Of a DNA stretch of 64,000 nucleotides, positions 13,812 through 25,568 are shown piece after piece. The notes beneath the pieces are model-generated. The model ran no database searches, was not told the DNA's origin, and saw only the letters and a program-made list of their open reading frames with translations. The number at the start of each line of letters is the position of its first letter. The first letter of the stretch is position 1. The translations under genes were made by a program, and so were the position numbers. Origin of the DNA: Lophium mytilinum (Eukaryota); assembly GCA_010093605.1 (NCBI GenBank), contig MU004192.1, forward strand, positions 64,563-128,562. Reading direction: 5' to 3'.

Positions 13812-16800
13812 ATGTCTCCTCGCGATTACTTTGCCAAAGAGTGGCCCACTGCTTTCTCGACGAGGACTATTCAACGGAACGTCGTCAAGGAAGAGAGATC
13901 TATCAACGCAGAAGGCAAAGGCGCTTTGCTTTTCTTATGCGACACGAAGCACAAAGCACCCTCACGCAGAGTCCAAGCAGTGGGAGATTTCTGTCGAAAC
14001 GCCTGCCTAGACGATATCAAACGTGGACTAGGCCCTGGTGGACAATGTCGGACTGCTTGGCTTGATGATAGGAGCTTTCCAAACGAGTTGAATGAGCCGG
14101 ATGCATTAGATGCTGGAGAACTCAGAACATGTGCAAACCCACTGACGGCAACTTCACTTTACCATCATCTAAATCAACCGGTATAGGATCACCTGATATA
14201 GTTGGCTTCTGGATCTAGAGTTCAAGCATAGCTGACATTTTAATTAGCGATTTGGGAACGGAAATCTGCCCGATGCGGATAGACGGGTGATGTAAGACAA
14301 GTTCCCCGCCTTCCATCGTTTAGCTTAAGATACTGACTCTTTGTTTTAGTTACATATCCAACTTAGATCCTAGTCATGTTCTCGTGCTCGCAGAGACTGC
14401 CGCCTACAATCAAGCCAAACCATTGAGAGATGCCTTTGTAAAGCATATGGGATATGAAACATCGATCCGAGTCAACATACCTGTAAGCACTCGAAAAGCC
14501 TATTGCTATGTTGTTAAACACATGTTCTTATAATGACGCTAATCAAGACTGCGATTGTCTTGTCTTCCAGTATTCCGAATCGTTGCCATCTTTCCAGCTA
14601 GAACTACATCTTCCCTTCTTCGCCTTTAAACAGCTCCCATCATCATATGTAGACAGCTGGCACACACAAGGGAGCAACACGATTCCAACGAGATCCTGGA
14701 TCGACCTATCGTTCTTAAGCAACCAGACGTCAAATTTAGAAAAGGAACCACCTTACGGCATATACAAAGCACGGTCTTCCTTTATGATCTGTGGCTCGAA
14801 TGACCGACACTGGACTGGTTACGCTTTCGTAGATCGTGACATGGAAGATGAAGAAGAGTCCACCTACAATGGCTTAGTACAGAATCGAATTACTGGTTCG
14901 CCATCTAACGTGCCCGTTTGGGACCCAAGAGAGTATTTCCTCATTGTTCTCGACGAAAACCTACTGAAAGTGCAGAATGAATGGGAGGATGTGGTATTCA
15001 AGGTTGCGCAAGGAATAGAGAGTCATGTATGCAATTTGCCTGGACTAAAGCATCTGTTGTACTACGACAAACTCGTACTGACCTTCATGACAGAGATATC
15101 ACCGCTCAGATACTATGCCACGTGACCGTGGTATAACGTCACACGGTGATTTTGAAAAGGCTTTGGACTGGACCAACAGGACCATTTCGCTCTTGAGTCA
15201 CCTCACAGAGCTTCTCTCCGACACAGTTGATGCTTGGGAAAAATTCAAGAACCTGGATAGAGACATCGACTACTTTTACGACTCCTCTGAGGCATCTCTG
15301 AAGTCTTCGAAATCGAAGTGTAACTTCTCAGAATGGCGTGCCCGACAGTCCGTCCGATCTATCAGCGAGAAGATCCTGGAACTGAAACGTCTGCAAAACA
15401 AACTTCGTTTATTGAGCGAGTCCTGCGACAAGTCTGTCAAAGATGTAAGTCTATATCCATAGTACCCTCTTCTCTAGAAGAATATCGCAACGAGTAGGGC
15501 AATGCTCCTAACTCTTACCTATAGCTTAAACTGCGGCAAGCTATTGAAATCAGGAAAGCGTCACAGCATACCGGACTCACCGCGGAATTCACTGTATTGG
15601 TTAGTCAGTTACATTCACTTCTAATATTCCGCGAGCGCTAATTCTCTCAAGGTGCTATACCCGTTCACGCTTGTACTAGCCTTTTTCTATATGCCACAGG
15701 CTTCCGTCCCTTTCACACTCAGCTTTAAATACTTCGTTGTATCGATCTTCGTTTTCATGGCTGCGATGGTTGCGTTCAAGATATTGTTTGTTACTCTCTC
15801 TGGCATGTTGCAGTCTTGGTGGCGGAAGGGGCCAGTCACCATAACGAAAGGTTTCTTCGAGCGGCTTCTTTTACGAAAGGCCGACGACAGCCTACCTTTC
15901 TCGAATGAAGATTTGCGTGGATGCTTCAACGATTCCATTCATTCGAAATATAGCCAGCACACGACACCAAACTTCGGGGACCCTTTCGATGATAATCAGT
16001 ATGAATCACTGCTCCAAGGAGTGGAGAATGGCGAACCCCCTTTTCTCGATAGTCCTTACCAACGTAACATATCCATAACAACCAAGGCGTTGTCTTCCAC
16101 GCAAGATTATCCTAATCCGAAACGCTCAGAATGTTCATATTACGAGGAACCAAACTCCGGCGATGACGCGACTGAGCTTCAGGAAGGACCTCCTAATCAG
16201 TCTTACCAGACGTCACTAGAACTCGAGAAAGGAACCGAGTGCTCCCCAATAACCAGCGAACCAAAAGCGTCACATGAGAGGCAACCAGCACTTAGCACCA
16301 CTTCCACAATTTGGTCGGGAGTGGATAGCGACTACGATTGTTCCATTGAAGAAGGTCCGTGTGATATATCGGTGCTAAAGGAGGAAATCATCGACCGAGT
16401 TATGATCCAGTTCTATCGAATGTTCTATGCAACACTTGGTAGTCGTGGTGCTGCGTCTGGAGAACCCAATTCCGCACATGGAGACCCACTCAATTACGGT
16501 GGCACCTCGAGCAGCGGATCTTCGCAACACAACACCGGGAAGCGAAAGACCAATAGAGATAGAAACCGAAGAGATAGCGATGAAGAAGATGGCAATTTGC
16601 ACAAAAGGAGTAAACCTCACAAGGATGATGATGATCTTGAGTCTGATCGAAGACTTGCATGTCCTTACTTCAAACACAACCCCTCCAAATACCGGGACAT
16701 CACCCCTTGTAGAGGGCCTGGGTGGACTGAGCTCTCACGTCTCAAGTGAGTCTAAGCCAAACCTTTCCCCTTACCAAGCGGAAGTATTAACGCAGTTTAG

Positions 16801-17826
16801 GGAACACATATATCGCTGCCATTCGCTTCCGCCTCGCTGTACCCGATGCTGTCAAATATTCAAGTCCGAGTCTGATGTGACAGCCCATTCTCGACTGCCA
16901 GAAGGGTGTGAGGTTCGAGACGGAGAACCGCCCGAAGGCATCGATGGCTGTCAGATACAGAAACTAAGATCCAAGAAGAGGGGTCAGTTCAGCAATACCA
17001 GAGAGGATCGGTGGAGCTACGTGTATTCGGTTCTTTTTCCAAACATGGCGATCCCGTCACCGTGTAAGTAATACATTACTATCAAGATCGCACTTCTGAA
17101 TTATCGATTGACAACGCTCTAGATTACGATTATGAGGAAGACTTCGGTCAAAAACCTACCGATTCCCTAGTCTCTGCAAGACTCGCTCGTTATGACGCTT
17201 TTCTGAAACGCCATTTGCCAAACATTGTCCGACAAGAGCTTCAAACCGAGATGGAGAAGGAGCTTAGCGTGATAGATGAGAACTTGACGAATAAGCTACC
17301 GAACATCGTTGAGAGCTGTCTAGAACGGCTTTGCCGGATGTTCCAAGGCGTGGCTTTAGCGGAACAGCCCATACAGAACGAAGGTTTAACACATGAGCGA
17401 GGGACCAACGTGTCAGGCTCTGCCGAAGCGGTCGATGTAACTCCCTTTCCACACCTATCGTGCCAAGCCAACCTGGGGTCCTACCAAATACCCCCGGAGG
17501 TCTCCCCAGATTTCAACGACGAGTTCATGGCTTCATTCGATATGACTGGGAGCGGCCCGCCTGATTCAGCGTACTGGTCTCAGGGATGGCCTCGAGAAAC
17601 AAATCCACCAATGGGGGAGTCCGACATTCTCTTCTCTGGAACAGATCATCCGCGCGAGCTTTCATTTTCAGGTTTCGGGTTAAGGTCCCCAAGGGCCGAA
17701 GAAACGCAGACTTCAACCTATTCTCAAAACGAAGTGCAGAATTTTGAGAGTTTTAATCAGCATAGAAGTTCTCATGTCGGGAAGGGCAAGGGTAAAGCAA
17801 AAGGCTATGATGCGAGCGAATGGTGA
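13812..17826 (+). CDS. Multi-exon hypothetical protein: fungal CorA-like region with two TM helices followed by a Cys/His (C2H2-like) domain
   Basis: Eight GT-AG introns join the ORF pieces (approximate donors 14181, 14292, 14483, 15027, 15445, 15600, 16746, 17065). Motifs FQLELHLPFFA, WDPREYFL, TM VLYPFTLVLAFFYMP, then LACPYFKHNP...CRGPGW...RLKEHIYRCH...CTRC...H. Confidence 0.6.
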
Positions 17827-18781
17827 ACTAAGTAGGAAGTACTGTGATAAGTGGTCACGTCTCCTTTCGGGTTGAGGTGAAGATAATGACGAAGGCATGG
17901 AGCGATCGAATTTTTCAGGGTCACAACCAAGATTATGGAGAACTCTTCTTGTGCATAGTTAGCTAGTAATATCAAGCAGTCTACTCTTCCAAGATTCCTT
18001 ACTGAGTTGCGCTTCATCTGATAATAACTACGTATCATTGCGCTTCCGCTGATAAAGGTAAATTACCACCCAGCCGGGCTGCTCTTTACAGTTGTGTCGA
18101 GCTAGCAAGAGACAAATAAGAGCAGTAGTTAAATCATACGCACACCGAGAACAACGGCATGAGGATTTGTTTGCGGGCTGTGCTAGATTCGATACTTTTT
18201 GGCCAAGACTCGCCCAAAGAGATCATGCATGGTGGTTGATAACTTGTTCAGTCTCTCCGTGGCCAATTTGGCATGGTTCTTGAGAGATCGTATGTGCAAC
18301 TCTTCATCCCTCTTTTTACACGTCTATCAGTACAGAAGAGAACCCCTACGTTTCGTCGAATTTTCCTTGTTCATCCTTCCGGGGTCAAGTTTGACTTGAC
18401 ATGCCAAGCCCTGCGATGCCGCTCCCAACTCCCGCCCCCCGTCCAAGGTTGTCTCACAAAGCCATCCCGCAGCCGGTGCTACAAAACCTTTATCCTGACT
18501 GTTCCCGCTCTTGCAAGCCACAAAATCCCCCAGCACGCACCGCAATGATTCCAACTTTAAAGCCGATTAACCCACCCGGGAGGGTCCCGCTAGCTCCTCC
18601 GTATTCCGCGGTAGTTTCTTGACTCTTGCTGAACACCTGCCGGGATCCGTGACCGAGCCCCCACCTTGCGCAATCGGAGCCAGCGCCATAGGCAAGCAAT
18701 ATGTTTTCTGCGCGCTGTCCTCCTAGGCTATGTTGCCTTCGCATTATTACTATCCCAAAGCTTGAGAGTTAAGAGTTGGAT

Positions 18782-20732
18782 ATGGGCTTGGAGAAGAAGG
18801 GATTATCGGCACGGTCATCGATCGAGAGGGAGACAGCGCTGGAGACGGAGGACGATCTTGTGCAGTCGCAAAACCCACCAACGGCTGGAGATGGAGAGAA
18901 AGAAGCTGGAATGGAGCCTGGTGGAGAGCAGAGACCTGTGGCGTCGAAGGCACGGTTGATTATACTGGTGCTCACGGTGACGGGTGCTGCGTTTTTGAAT
19001 GTAGGCGGATCTTGGGGTTGTCTATGAAAGAGAGCTGACATGTCCAAAGACTCTAGCTGTACAAGCCTGCGTGATTGTCCTCCCGACTATTGGAAAGGAG
19101 CTTGATATCCCAGAGAGTCGTCAGCAATGGGTCATCTCCGCCTACTCTTTGACATTCGGTTGCTTCCTGGTATGTCGCGTTCGCGCTATACAATACACCA
19201 CTGGAATGTTTTGCTAATTGTTTACAGCTGCTATGGGGACGCCTCGCAGATGTATACGGGAAACGAATGATATTCATATGGGGCTCCGCTTGGGTGACAG
19301 CGACAACGATTGCGATACCATTTGTGGACAACGAGATTGGATTCGATGTGCTGAGAGGCTTACAAGGACTGGGTGCAGCTGCGAACGTCCCCACAGCTAT
19401 CGGAATACTGGGCGTCACATTTCCTCCGGGTAAAGCAAAGAATTACGCGTTTTCGTGCTATGGTGAGTGACGAATGGGAATGCCAAGACTTTGGCTTTAG
19501 TCTATATCTAACGCGAAGTAGGCGCTGGAGCTCCGATGGGATCTATATTCGGAAACTTGCTGGTAACTTTACTGAGAGTAGTTTACTGGATAGAGCTGAT
19601 CTTTTCTAGGGTGGCCTCATTGGCGCTTATTTGACCTGGAAATGGGTCTTCTGGATCCTTGCCATTCTCGCTGCAATAGTCACTGCGGCAGGCTACTTCC
19701 TCATCCCAGTCCCACCCATTCCTGCAAGCGCTGTGGAAGGACCCAAAGCAGCTGTAGACTGGATTGGCGGAACGCTCATCACGGTCGGGCTTCTTGTCCT
19801 CATGTTTGCTCTCACCGAGGGCAATGTGGTTGGCTGGAGTACGCCTTGGGTGTCCGTACTAATTGTAGTCTCCATCCTACTTATAGGCCTCTTTGTTGTC
19901 TGGCAATGGTGGTTGGAGATGAAGACTGCGCGACGACCTTTGATGAAGGTCTCGATTTTCAATAATCTGAAGTTTTCTGCGGCGATGGTCACGATGTTGC
20001 TTTTTTTTGCATCTTTCAACAACTACCTTATTTTTGCTACCTACTTGCAAGTCTTACAACACCCTTATATCCTCTGAAGTCTGTCTAACAGAGCTTAGTT
20101 TCCAAGAATACCAAGGTCTAAGCGCAATCCAAACTACCCTTCGCTTCATCCCCACCGGCGTTTGCGGTGGTGAGTTGCCCTACCATAAACTCTCTAGACA
20201 TCCACTAACCCTCGACCCAGTTCTTGTCGCTTTCGTAACGGCCAATATTCTCTCTCGAATTCGCGGCAACTACATTCTAATATTCGGCACCCTTGCTACC
20301 TCCATATCTGCCCTCCTTTTCGCTGTCCCCATCCCACCTCACACGATCTACTGGGCCTGGAGTTTCCCGGCCATGATTCTGGCTGTTTGTGGCGCTGATA
20401 CCGTGTACCCTTCTTTGACCCTCTTCACCGCGCACGCTCTACCACAGGAAGACCAAGCACTCGGTGGCGCCCTCGTCAACGCGGTTGGACAGGTAGGCCG
20501 TGCAATTGGCCTCGCGATCGGTACGGCTGTACAGACAGCGGTGGTGGCGAATCGGAGGGGCATCCAGATCAAAGACGTGGGTCGAGATGGCCTGTCAAAC
20601 AAGCACGACGTAGCGTATCTAGACGGGTTGAGAGCGGCAGAGTGGTTCGATTTCGCATTAGGCATCGCAGCATGCGCAGTAGCCGGGTTTGCGATGAAGA
20701 ACACGGGCATTCTAGGGGCGAAAAAGCACTAA
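18782..20732 (+). CDS. MFS drug:H+ antiporter (DHA2/ATR1-like, 14-TM type)
   Basis: Multi-exon; QQWVISAYSLTFGCFL, WGRLADVYGKR (motif A), RGLQGLGAAANVP, WKWVFW, VDWIG, QVGRAIGLAI. Confidence 0.9.
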
Positions 20733-20820
20733 AATCTCGTCCACATATCATAAAAGTCATATACCTATACCCACCTCATAGAAAAGCATCCCATCCCTCT
20801 ACTTTCAAGGCTTTCTCGCC

Positions 20821-21666
20821 TCATAATTGACTGCCCTCATCCCCACCCGCCATCGCCCACTCCGCCACAAATTCCGCATGCACAACCGTCGAATCGTACA
20901 CCTTTACCCCTTTCACCCTCCCCTCCTCCACTTCCCCTTCTAGTAAAGGCGCCAGATCCGTACACGCCAACACCACCGCCTCGGCCCCCTGCTCCCGCAG
21001 CCCCTCTATAATCCCCAATACCTTGTCCCGCGACTGCTGCGTCACGACCCCTTTCCCTAACTCTTCGAAGATCACATGGTCCACCCACGCCGTCTCTTCC
21101 GGGCTGGGGGTCAGGACGTCGAGCCCATAGCGCTTGCGGAGAGGTGGAACGTAGAAGTCTCCATGGCACACGCCCTTGGTCGCGAGTAGGCCGACTTTCT
21201 TCACCCCCGCGCCGCGCAGCTTTCCACCGACGGCGTCGACGACGTGCAGAATGGGGATGTGGGAAGGCAAGGCGGCTTGCACGGCGGGCGCGGCGGCGTG
21301 AATGACGTTTGCGCAGATGACGATGGCGGAGGCGCCGATTGATACTAAGTTTTTCGCTGCGGGTATCAGGAGGGGGGCGGTGGAGGCCCAGTCGCCGTTT
21401 GAGGATGAGACGCGGGAGAGGAGGATGGAGAAGTCGAAGCTGTGGAGGAGTAGGGACGCGGAGCGAGCCCCGCCGAGTTTAGAGCGAGTGTAGTCGTTTA
21501 TGGTGGTGTAGTAGAGGGTTGTGGAGGGGTAGGAGGTGCCGCCTAGGAGGCCGACGGTCTTCATTTTGGGAGTGAGGGTGGTAAATTGACTCTTGTTTGT
21601 GAAGGCAGATGGAAGCTGGAAAATAGAGATTGAGGTTGGTTTGGAAATTGATTTAAAAAGGGACAT
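20821..21666 (-). CDS. Aspartate/glutamate racemase family protein, intronless; possible N-terminal mitochondrial presequence
   Basis: MKTVGLLGGTSYPSTTLYY, two catalytic-type Cys motifs (AIVICAN and VVLACTD), IPILHVVDA, VGLLATKG, YDSTVVHA. Confidence 0.88.
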   Translation of the reverse strand: MSLFKSISKPTSISIFQLPSAFTNKSQFTTLTPKMKTVGLLGGTSYPSTTLYYTTINDYTRSKLGGARSASLLLHSFDFSILLSRVSSSNGDWASTAPLLIPAAKNLVSIGASAIVICANVIHAAAPAVQAALPSHIPILHVVDAVGGKLRGAGVKKVGLLATKGVCHGDFYVPPLRKRYGLDVLTPSPEETAWVDHVIFEELGKGVVTQQSRDKVLGIIEGLREQGAEAVVLACTDLAPLLEGEVEEGRVKGVKVYDSTVVHAEFVAEWAMAGGDEGSQL

Positions 21667-22166
21667 AGAGGGTTAAAGCTGGACTCTAGTATCATATAGA
21701 GAGACTTTAGGAACTGCAGAACAAGCGGATCATAAATGACGGGGCGAACATTAGAGTCGAACACAACTGGAGGAAGATGTCGATGTTATAAGCTCATTAC
21801 AAAGCCAAGGAGGGATGCTGATTTCTTGCGCCCTGCGCCCTATCCATCAGCTAGGTGCAAACTATGATTTCCCGCTTCATGCGTATGAATGCAATGATGA
21901 TTCGGATGTGGGGGAGGCTTGACTGGGAGATTAGAGGATCGAGATGATATTTGCAAAGCAACTTTCAATACTCTCTTATGAGAATGAAGATTGTTCCAGC
22001 CGAGAGGTAGTATGGATGAAGGTTGAGAATAGGTAGGTGCATGTCAGCGAGTCATGTACCTATCTAAGCGGGGAGGGGTCGATCTCCGCTCACCTCCGCA
22101 TCTCACTGCATCCCTCTTTCAACGACTCAAGCTACCACTGGAGGCACATGAATATCGTCTGCTACA

Positions 22167-23134
22167 ATGACATCCTCACCAGCTGGCCTTACGCCTGAAC
22201 AGCTCGAATCTTTCAATACCAATGGCTACCTCATCATCCCTGACGCCCTGTCAGCAGACACCGTGTCGACTCTCCTCGCCGAGACGAACAAGATGCTGGA
22301 AGACTTCTCACTAGACGACCACCCTATGACCAAATTCACGACTGGTGAAGGGGATAATGCGCACGTAGGCGACGATTACTTTCTCACATCTGGCGACAAA
22401 GTACGGTTTTTCTTCGAGGAAGGTACTAAATATCTGCTGCGCTCCTCCTCTAGAATACCAAACCACTAATCTGACCACGTCCCCTAGCCGCTTTCGCTCC
22501 AGATGGTACGTTATTGAAGCCGAAAGCCCGCGCCATCAACAAAATCGGACACTATCTACACGCCCTCTCCCCCTCTTTTCGCTCCATCTCCCTCTCCCCC
22601 GCGAACGCTGCTATCGCCCGCTCCCTTGGTTTCGCAGATCCTCGCGTGCTACAATCTATGGTCATCTGCAAACAACCCGAGATTGGTGCCGCGGTAGGGT
22701 CGCATCAGGATAGCACGTTCCTGTACACAGATCCGCCCAGCGCCGTGGGGTGGTGGTATGCCCTCGAAGACGCGACGATAGAGAATGGGTGCCTTAGTTT
22801 CGCGGCGGGGAGTCATAAGAGAGAGGAAGTGAGGAAAAGGTTTATCAGGAAGGAGGGAGGAACGGCTTTTATCGAGAATGATGGGGAGAGGTTTCCCAGG
22901 GACTTGGAGAAGGAGGCTGTGAATGGGGAGAAGAAAGAGGAGTATACGATTGGGGAGGTTAAGGCTGGCACGCTGGTGCTCATTCATGGGAATCTGCTGC
23001 ACAAGAGCGAGAGCAATACGAGTGGAAAGAGCCGGTTCATTTATACGTTTCATGCGATTGAGGGCGACAATAGGTATGATGAGAGGAATTGGTTACAGCC
23101 GCCCAAGGATGGGTTCTCGAAGCTGTATACATAG
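22167..23134 (+). CDS. Phytanoyl-CoA dioxygenase family Fe(II)/2-OG oxygenase (PHYHD1-like)
   Basis: YFLTSGDKVRFFFEE, intron about 22423-22487, INKIGH, QSMVICKQPEIG, HQD motif, WYALEDATIENGCL, IHGNLLHKS, SR. Confidence 0.92.
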
Positions 23135-23507
23135 GCTAGGCTAGGACTAGGGTGTTGATGCGCATGAACACCAATAGTACTGTACGTTCAAGTCTCAAGG
23201 TTTACTCATAGCAGTCATCACTTAGATGGAACAGTATTTACAGCGTTTTCATTATCAGCAGCAAAGAAGATTCGAGTATGTACTGATGAGCATAGCCCAT
23301 TATAGAATACTATTATTCAGTGACGGTTCCCAATGCATTGGTGGAATATGTCCTTCTTCTACGTCAAAAATCTTGAATCTAGCTAATATCACCTCTATAG
23401 ATTTATCATAGCGGGCACTCTCTCTCTCTAACGAGCGAATAAGAATGCAGTAGCCTCAAAGTACGTCTTCACTTGGTCCTTATCAGGCTCCTCCTCCCAC
23501 AGATCAG

Positions 23508-24617
23508 CTAAGATCGGAGATTCAGCTTGCTCGAATCATCATCCTCCGCTCCAACTGCGATGAACCTCGCCACGTTCATCAGTTCCGGAAATCGCTCTGA
23601 AATCTCCTCCATGAAATTTTCGCCCATCTGCATCTGGATTTGGTTCTGCGCCTTCTCGCCCCCGCCGGTTGCACTCGAAATGGAGCCAATTGGGGGTCGC
23701 TTCTTTTCTGGCACTGTAATCCAGCCAAGCTCGCGCTCCACATCGGCCACAGCTTTGTGAATTCGAAGTAGGAGCAACGTATTTCCGGACAACCAAGCGC
23801 CTTGCTCGTTCTTGAGGACTAGACTTCGAGGAATCACAGGTTTATTCCAAGGCTCCGCGGATCCAGCCCGGCTAGTGAACTCTCGGCCGTAAGGGTCGAA
23901 TGCGTCCCACGGATTGAAAGCCATGGGACTCCCTTCATCCTTGTTACGTTGGAACTCCGCCTTGATCACGGCTTCCAGCTCTATACCCCGAGCCCTGGCG
24001 CCCTCCCGCCATCGTTTGAGGAGTTGTAGAAATCTCTCTGCAGATCCATTTTTGCCTACGTCTTGCAAGCTCGGTACACTACCGAGTTGCTCTTCGAACA
24101 TTCTCTTTACTAGTTTATCAAGACCCGTGGTAGTCACGAGAGGGCCCGCTGCCGGTGTTGATTTAGGGAGGCCATCACCCAAGTAGCTTGCGGATACAGG
24201 AAATGACTCGAAGACCTCATCTGCGAGAGGAAGATCACGTCCGGCGACTCGACCGAATCCCATCATTGCAGGCAGCCCATCTGGTTGACCGCAAGAGGCC
24301 CCAAACCCCCGTGGAGGCGGGATGTGGGCAGCCTTTTCCGACAGCAGAAAGTCGATCAAGTGCCTCTCGTAACGGATACCAGCGCAGACGATGGGCCTCG
24401 GAAGTACTGGCCCACAAGGCGGCACTTCGCGCTAGGCAGATATTCTACGTGCGATGGATCGGTTGTCATGAACTCTGGTATCAGGAATCTGCATGGATCT
24501 ATCAGAGCGTCCTGGATGATCAATTGGAGAACTGTAATAAGACACTGGTAAGTCGCGTTCCACATGAAAATGGTGTCTGAGGGTGGCCTCAAAGCTTTTA
24601 ATATAGCATCTTGCCAA
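23508..24617 (-). CDS. Hypothetical protein, 5' end unresolved; possibly disrupted by an in-frame TAG at 24432-24434
   Basis: 305-codon ORF of ordinary protein composition, in frame with the 61-codon ORF just upstream. No family recognised. Confidence 0.45.
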
Positions 24618-25568
24618 ACACTAACACGCTAACGTGCCAGTGAATAGCAAGCTGCCAACATTGAGTTAGCAAATACACTGCTAAAAGTCATATAGGAGTA
24701 GCTTAGGTAATAGCGAGCAACGCTTATATTGAGATTCTGCTCACGTGATCTTGATCTGTTGTGACTGAGATCGGTTTGATCGCGGAGCCTCAGCTTAATG
24801 ACTAACCAATTCTTGATCGTATGCATACTGTTTATAGCGGAGAACGATGGATCTAATGTTTTGATAGATAAGAAGCTCACCTGGTGGGATGATGCTGCGA
24901 CCTATTGTACCGCACGGCTTCTTTTAGCTTCTTTAGCTAGCATGCAGGCGGATGCAAGGGTAAATACGCCACTACAGCCTCTTCCCACGTCCGGTGGTCT
25001 AGCGCGGAAACTGAGTCAACCCTAGTCAAGGTCCTTTTTCAGTCTATTGCTGAGCTGGTTCAACTACTAATTGGTTAGGAGACTGCTATTCCTCTCTAGA
25101 GGGCGTCCGGGAAGAGTACCTTATACGGTAATTCTGTGGCGTTATTTTAGCGCTGGTTCACCGGACGTGGGAGAAGACTGTAGTTATGGCGAGAAGTCCC
25201 TTTTTGGTCTTGGCAGGGTCCAAAAGGCTTTGTTACGCAGCATCTTCTAGATGCGCTAACCGGAGGATCCGAGAAGAGGCTGTGAATGGGTACGAATCTG
25301 CCTCGGTCTGATCCCTTGTGATTGGTAGGGGTTCAAATGCGTTAGGCTGTGAGTAAGCACCCGCTCATCATCCGCCTACCTTTGTAACCATGCACGGCCA
25401 TGCAGGGACTACTCTGCTGGGTTAAAGTTTGAGGGAACCCCTCCGATCTTTGAGAACGTCTGATCGTCACTTTCATCTCAGATATGACGCTTGGAGGCTG
25501 CATTGCCAGCGCTTTTCAGATTCCATTTCGCGCCTAAGCTCTTTGTTTCCGGCGATTCCGCACTCAAT

